From positions 29,930 through 93,929 of the forward strand of contig MIAK01000058.1 of assembly GCA_001829085.1 (NCBI GenBank): DNA of 64,000 nt, given 5' to 3'. The position numbers and the translations under genes are program-made. Shown here in pieces: positions 60,593 through 64,000 of the stretch. This DNA is from Sphingomonadales bacterium RIFCSPLOWO2_12_FULL_63_15. Lineage in GTDB: Bacteria; Pseudomonadota; Alphaproteobacteria; Sphingomonadales; Sphingomonadaceae. The notes beneath the pieces are model-generated. The model saw nothing but the letters and a program-made list of their open reading frames with translations. It was not told the DNA's origin and searched no databases. How positions within the stretch are numbered: position 1 is the stretch's first letter; every line of letters begins with the position of its first letter.

Positions 60593-61491
60593 GCGCTGCC
60601 TACTACCAGACACGCAAGGAACATCAACAACCCCGCAAAGCGATTGGCGCGGAACTTGGCGAGGGGGTCGATGCCGTCCTCGCGCAACGTGGCAACTTGC
60701 CACAACAGATGTGCGGCGATGGGCAGGAGGGCGAGCAGTGCAAGCCCGTCCGGCCGGACCTGCCAGATCGCCGTCGCCCAAAGGCCAAGCGCCAGAAGAT
60801 AGCAGAGCGATACGCCCGCGCGCACATGCCGCCCCATCGACAAGGCGCTGGAACCAATCCCGATCAGCGCATCGTCCTCCCGATCCTGCAGCGCGTAGAT
60901 GGTGTCATAGCCCACAACCCAGAAAATGGTTCCCGCATAGAGCAGCAGGCCAGCGCTGGTCAGCGTGCCTGCGACCTCGCTCCAGCCCACCAAGGCCGCC
61001 CAGGAAAAGACAAGGCCCAGCCAGATTTGCGGCCAGCCCGTGATCCGCTTCATGAAGGGATAAGCCGCCACCAACGCGAGCGAGGCCAGCGCCACGACCT
61101 GCGCATAGGGCCGCAATTGCAGCAGCACGACGAGCCCGACCGCGCAGAGTGCCAGCAGCCAGAGCCACGCGGTTCTGAGCGAGATCGCGCCGCTGGCAAG
61201 CGGGCGCGAGGCGGTGCGCGCGACCTTCGCATCGAGATCGCGATCGACAATATCGTTGAATACGCATCCCGCGCCGCGCATCGCGATGCTACCGAGCAGA
61301 AACCACAGGATGAGCGGCCAGCGGACAAAGCCACCACCGGCCAGCGCCACGGCCCAGGCGCCCGGCCAGAAGAGCAGCCACCAGCCGATCGGCCGATCAA
61401 ATCGCGCCAGCAGCGCAAAGCCGCGCGGCGTGTTTGGCAAACGCGACAGCAGACCGCGCGCTTGGGTGTCGGGGACGATGCTACTGCTCAC
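60589..61491 (-). CDS. ubiA: 4-hydroxybenzoate polyprenyltransferase
   Basis: RFDRPIGWWLL, NDIVDRDLD..V.RT..RP and YDTIYALQD motifs. Confidence 0.95.
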   Translation of the reverse strand: MSSSIVPDTQARGLLSRLPNTPRGFALLARFDRPIGWWLLFWPGAWAVALAGGGFVRWPLILWFLLGSIAMRGAGCVFNDIVDRDLDAKVARTASRPLASGAISLRTAWLWLLALCAVGLVVLLQLRPYAQVVALASLALVAAYPFMKRITGWPQIWLGLVFSWAALVGWSEVAGTLTSAGLLLYAGTIFWVVGYDTIYALQDREDDALIGIGSSALSMGRHVRAGVSLCYLLALGLWATAIWQVRPDGLALLALLPIAAHLLWQVATLREDGIDPLAKFRANRFAGLLMFLACLVVGSA

Positions 61492-61585
61492 ACTATCTCC
61501 GTTTCGCCGCTGATCGAGGGGCGCGTCTCGACTTCGCTTGATACGAACGGCATTAGGGATGCCATTGCCATACGGAAAGACCGAA

Positions 61586-62332
61586 ATGACCGCTACCCCC
61601 GCCTGGCCGCCGCAGAGCGCTCCGCGCCTGCATGTCGAAACCCAGTTGGGCGAAGGTGTGGTGGTGTCGATCGACGGTAATCCTGCCCATTATCTGATCG
61701 CCGTCATGCGGGTGAAGCCAGATGACATCGTGCTGCTGTTCGATGGCCGGTCGGGCGAATGGGCCGCGCGGGCACGCGACATTCGTAAGCGCGACCTGGT
61801 GCTGGAATGCGTGGCGCAGACCAAGCCTCCCGAAACCGTGCCTGATTTCTGGCTGTGCTGCGCGCCGATCAAGAAGGGGCGCATCGACCTGATTGCGGAA
61901 AAGGCGTGCGAATTGGGCGTGGCGAAACTCCAGCCCGTGCTGACCCGCCGCGCGGTGGTGGACAAGCTCAACCTCGACCGGCTGCACGCGCATCTGGTCG
62001 AGGCCGCCGAGCAGTGCGGGCGCACCGCCCTGCCCGAGCTTGCCGCCATGGTGAAGCTCGATGCGCTGCTGCGCGATTGGCCGCAGGGGCGCCCTCTCTT
62101 CTTTGCCGATGAAACCGGCGGCGCGCCGCTGACGGAGGCTTTTGCTAATCATCCCGGCCCGGCCGCTTTCCTGATCGGGCCAGAGGGCGGATTCGACCCC
62201 GCCGAGCGCGCGGCGATCCGTGCCCATCCTCAAGCCGTGCCGGTCTCGCTTGGTCCCCGAATCCTGCGCGCGGAAACCGCCGCCATCGCCGCTACGGCCG
62301 CCTGGATGACGATCAACGGCGACTGGAAATAG
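61586..62332 (+). CDS. rsmE: 16S rRNA m3U1498 methyltransferase
   Basis: HYL..VMR, EAAEQCGR, IGPEGGF and LGPRILRAETA motifs. Confidence 0.95.
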   Translation: MTATPAWPPQSAPRLHVETQLGEGVVVSIDGNPAHYLIAVMRVKPDDIVLLFDGRSGEWAARARDIRKRDLVLECVAQTKPPETVPDFWLCCAPIKKGRIDLIAEKACELGVAKLQPVLTRRAVVDKLNLDRLHAHLVEAAEQCGRTALPELAAMVKLDALLRDWPQGRPLFFADETGGAPLTEAFANHPGPAAFLIGPEGGFDPAERAAIRAHPQAVPVSLGPRILRAETAAIAATAAWMTINGDWK

Positions 62333-62431
62333 TTTCATTTCGCTATTGGATTGAACCGGATAGCAACAAAGCCTATTTGATCGACGCCCGCTGCTGTTTG
62401 ACGGGCAGAGGGGAAGCAGTAAGGGCGGGGC

Positions 62432-63805
62432 ATGAGCACCAGAACCGACTCGGGGGATCATGATCCCGTCATCGAAAGCCGCGACCAGCTGATCGCGGCC
62501 TTTGCCAAGGGTGAAAAGCCCAAGGACCGCTGGCGCATCGGCACCGAACATGAGAAATTCGTCTATAACCGCAAGGATCATCACGCCCCTTCCTATGAGG
62601 AAAAGGGTGGCATCCACACGCTGCTCATCGGCCTGACCCGCTATGGCTGGAAGCCGGTGTTCGAAGGCGAGAATATCATCGCTTTGTCGGGGGACGATGG
62701 CACGGTCAGCCTTGAACCGGCGGGGCAGTTGGAACTATCAGGAGCGCCACTCGACAATCTGCACCAGACCTGCGCCGAAACCGGGCGGCATCTGGAGCAG
62801 GTGAAGCATGTCGGCGACATGCTGGGGCTGGGTTTCCTGGGCCTTGGCATGTGGCCCGACAAGACGCGCGCCGAATTGCCGATCATGCCCAAGGGCCGTT
62901 ACGAAATCATGCTGCGGCACATGCCCCGCGTGGGATCGATGGGTCTCGACATGATGTTGCGCACCTGCACCATACAGACCAACCTCGACTATGGCAGCGA
63001 GGCGGACATGGCCAAGAAGTTCCGCGTTTCGCTGGCGCTGCAGCCGCTTGGCACGGCGCTGTTCGCCAATTCGCCCTTTACCGAGGGCAAGCCCAATGGC
63101 TTCCTGTCCTATCGCAGCCATATCTGGTCGGATACCGACCCCAAGCGCACGGGCATGCTGCCCTTCGTGTTCGAGGACGGCTTTGGCTATGAACGCTATG
63201 CCGACTATGCGCTCGATGTGCCGATGTATTTCGTTTTTCGCGATGGCAAATATATCGACGCGTCGGGGCTTAGCTTCCGCGATTTTCTCGACGGCAAACT
63301 GTCCGCCCTTCCCGGCGAAAAACCGACCGAGAAGGATTGGGAAGATCATCTCTCCACCGCTTTCCCTGAAGTGCGGCTGAAGAGTTTTCTCGAAATGCGC
63401 GGCTCCGATGGCGGTCCATGGGGGCGCATCTGCGCCCTGCCCGCCTTGTGGGTCGGCCTGCTCTACGATCAAGGCGCGCTCGATGCGGCGTGGGATCTGG
63501 TCAAGGACTGGAACATGGAGGATCGGCAGATTTTGCGCGATTCCGTGCCTCGGCTCGGCCTGGACGCGCCGATCGGTGACGGTCGCACGCTGCGCGACAT
63601 TGCCCAGCCAGTGTTGGATATTGCACGGGCGGGTCTGGTCGCACGCGGTCGGCTCAATGCGGCGGGCGACAATGAGACGGGCTATCTGTCCGGCCTGGAA
63701 GAGGTCGTGTCCTCCGGCAAGACCCATGCCGAACGGCTGCTCGATCGCTATCATGGCGAATGGGGCGGCGATGTCAGCAAAGTCTATGCCGAGGAAAGCT
63801 TTTAG
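62432..63805 (+). CDS. gshA: Glutamate--cysteine ligase
   Basis: IGTEHEKF, SLEPAGQLELSG, MPKGRY and LEMRG.DGG motifs. Confidence 0.95.
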   Translation: MSTRTDSGDHDPVIESRDQLIAAFAKGEKPKDRWRIGTEHEKFVYNRKDHHAPSYEEKGGIHTLLIGLTRYGWKPVFEGENIIALSGDDGTVSLEPAGQLELSGAPLDNLHQTCAETGRHLEQVKHVGDMLGLGFLGLGMWPDKTRAELPIMPKGRYEIMLRHMPRVGSMGLDMMLRTCTIQTNLDYGSEADMAKKFRVSLALQPLGTALFANSPFTEGKPNGFLSYRSHIWSDTDPKRTGMLPFVFEDGFGYERYADYALDVPMYFVFRDGKYIDASGLSFRDFLDGKLSALPGEKPTEKDWEDHLSTAFPEVRLKSFLEMRGSDGGPWGRICALPALWVGLLYDQGALDAAWDLVKDWNMEDRQILRDSVPRLGLDAPIGDGRTLRDIAQPVLDIARAGLVARGRLNAAGDNETGYLSGLEEVVSSGKTHAERLLDRYHGEWGGDVSKVYAEESF

Positions 63806-64000
63806 GGCGCGGGCTGCTCTGCGGCCTGCGCCATTTCTGCCGGTTCCCGCTTTCGCCCGGTGATCCACGCAATGAAGCGTGGCACCGGGGCGTTGCGTTC
63901 CATCCAGTCGCTATAGGCGCGATAGTCGGGGTCGGCGGACAGATGCTGCTCCTCGGTCCGGGCGCGCCAATAATAGACGGCATTGGTGAGACCCAGCATC
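63802..64000 (-). CDS. C-terminus of a membrane protein, possibly isoprenylcysteine-carboxyl-methyltransferase-like (5' end outside window)
   Basis: Open frame running off the window edge with YYWRARTEEQHL..DPDYRAY. Confidence 0.55.
   Translation of the reverse strand, partial: MLGLTNAVYYWRARTEEQHLSADPDYRAYSDWMERNAPVPRFIAWITGRKREPAEMAQAAEQPAP

Overview
GC-rich alphaproteobacterial chromosome segment, most consistent with Sphingomonadaceae (Sphingobium-like; inferred from gene order, protein sequences and repeat families). It is mostly core genome: a B12 uptake and nucleotide-loop/cobinamide-salvage cluster (btuB, btuF, btuCD, cobT, cobC, cobS, cobD, cbiB, cobU), hisN, asmA, rpmI-rplT, pheST, prfC, an expanded psp locus, ybgC-tolQRAB-pal, M16/M28 peptidases, clpB, a more AT-rich TonB-receptor islet, xseA/purD, pmbA, nudC, mutY, DUF721-dsbA-dsbA-smc, PLD, ubiA, rsmE and gshA. 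I found no tRNA, rRNA, CRISPR, prophage or classical transposase. The most unusual signal is intergenic. (1) An intact ~108-aa GIY-YIG nuclease gene (13783-14109) is tightly bracketed by inverted CGTC-footed hairpin REPs, an architecture normally seen with RAYT/HUH transposases. Related cargo-less copies lie at 25077-25171 (paired) and 31067-31102 (solo), suggesting a possible GIY-YIG-driven REP/REPIN mobility system. (2) Three elements of exactly 97 bp, plus one nested 119-bp variant, are built from repeated hairpin modules (stem / tandem G.A / 2-bp stem / C-GNA-G triloop) with compensatory substitutions, which points to selection on single-stranded DNA structure on both strands. Also notable are four PspB/PspC-like paralogs in tandem behind pspABC, a sulfotransferase-like gene with degenerate PAPS motifs in the TonB islet, and divergent xseA/purD start codons that overlap within one CATG.
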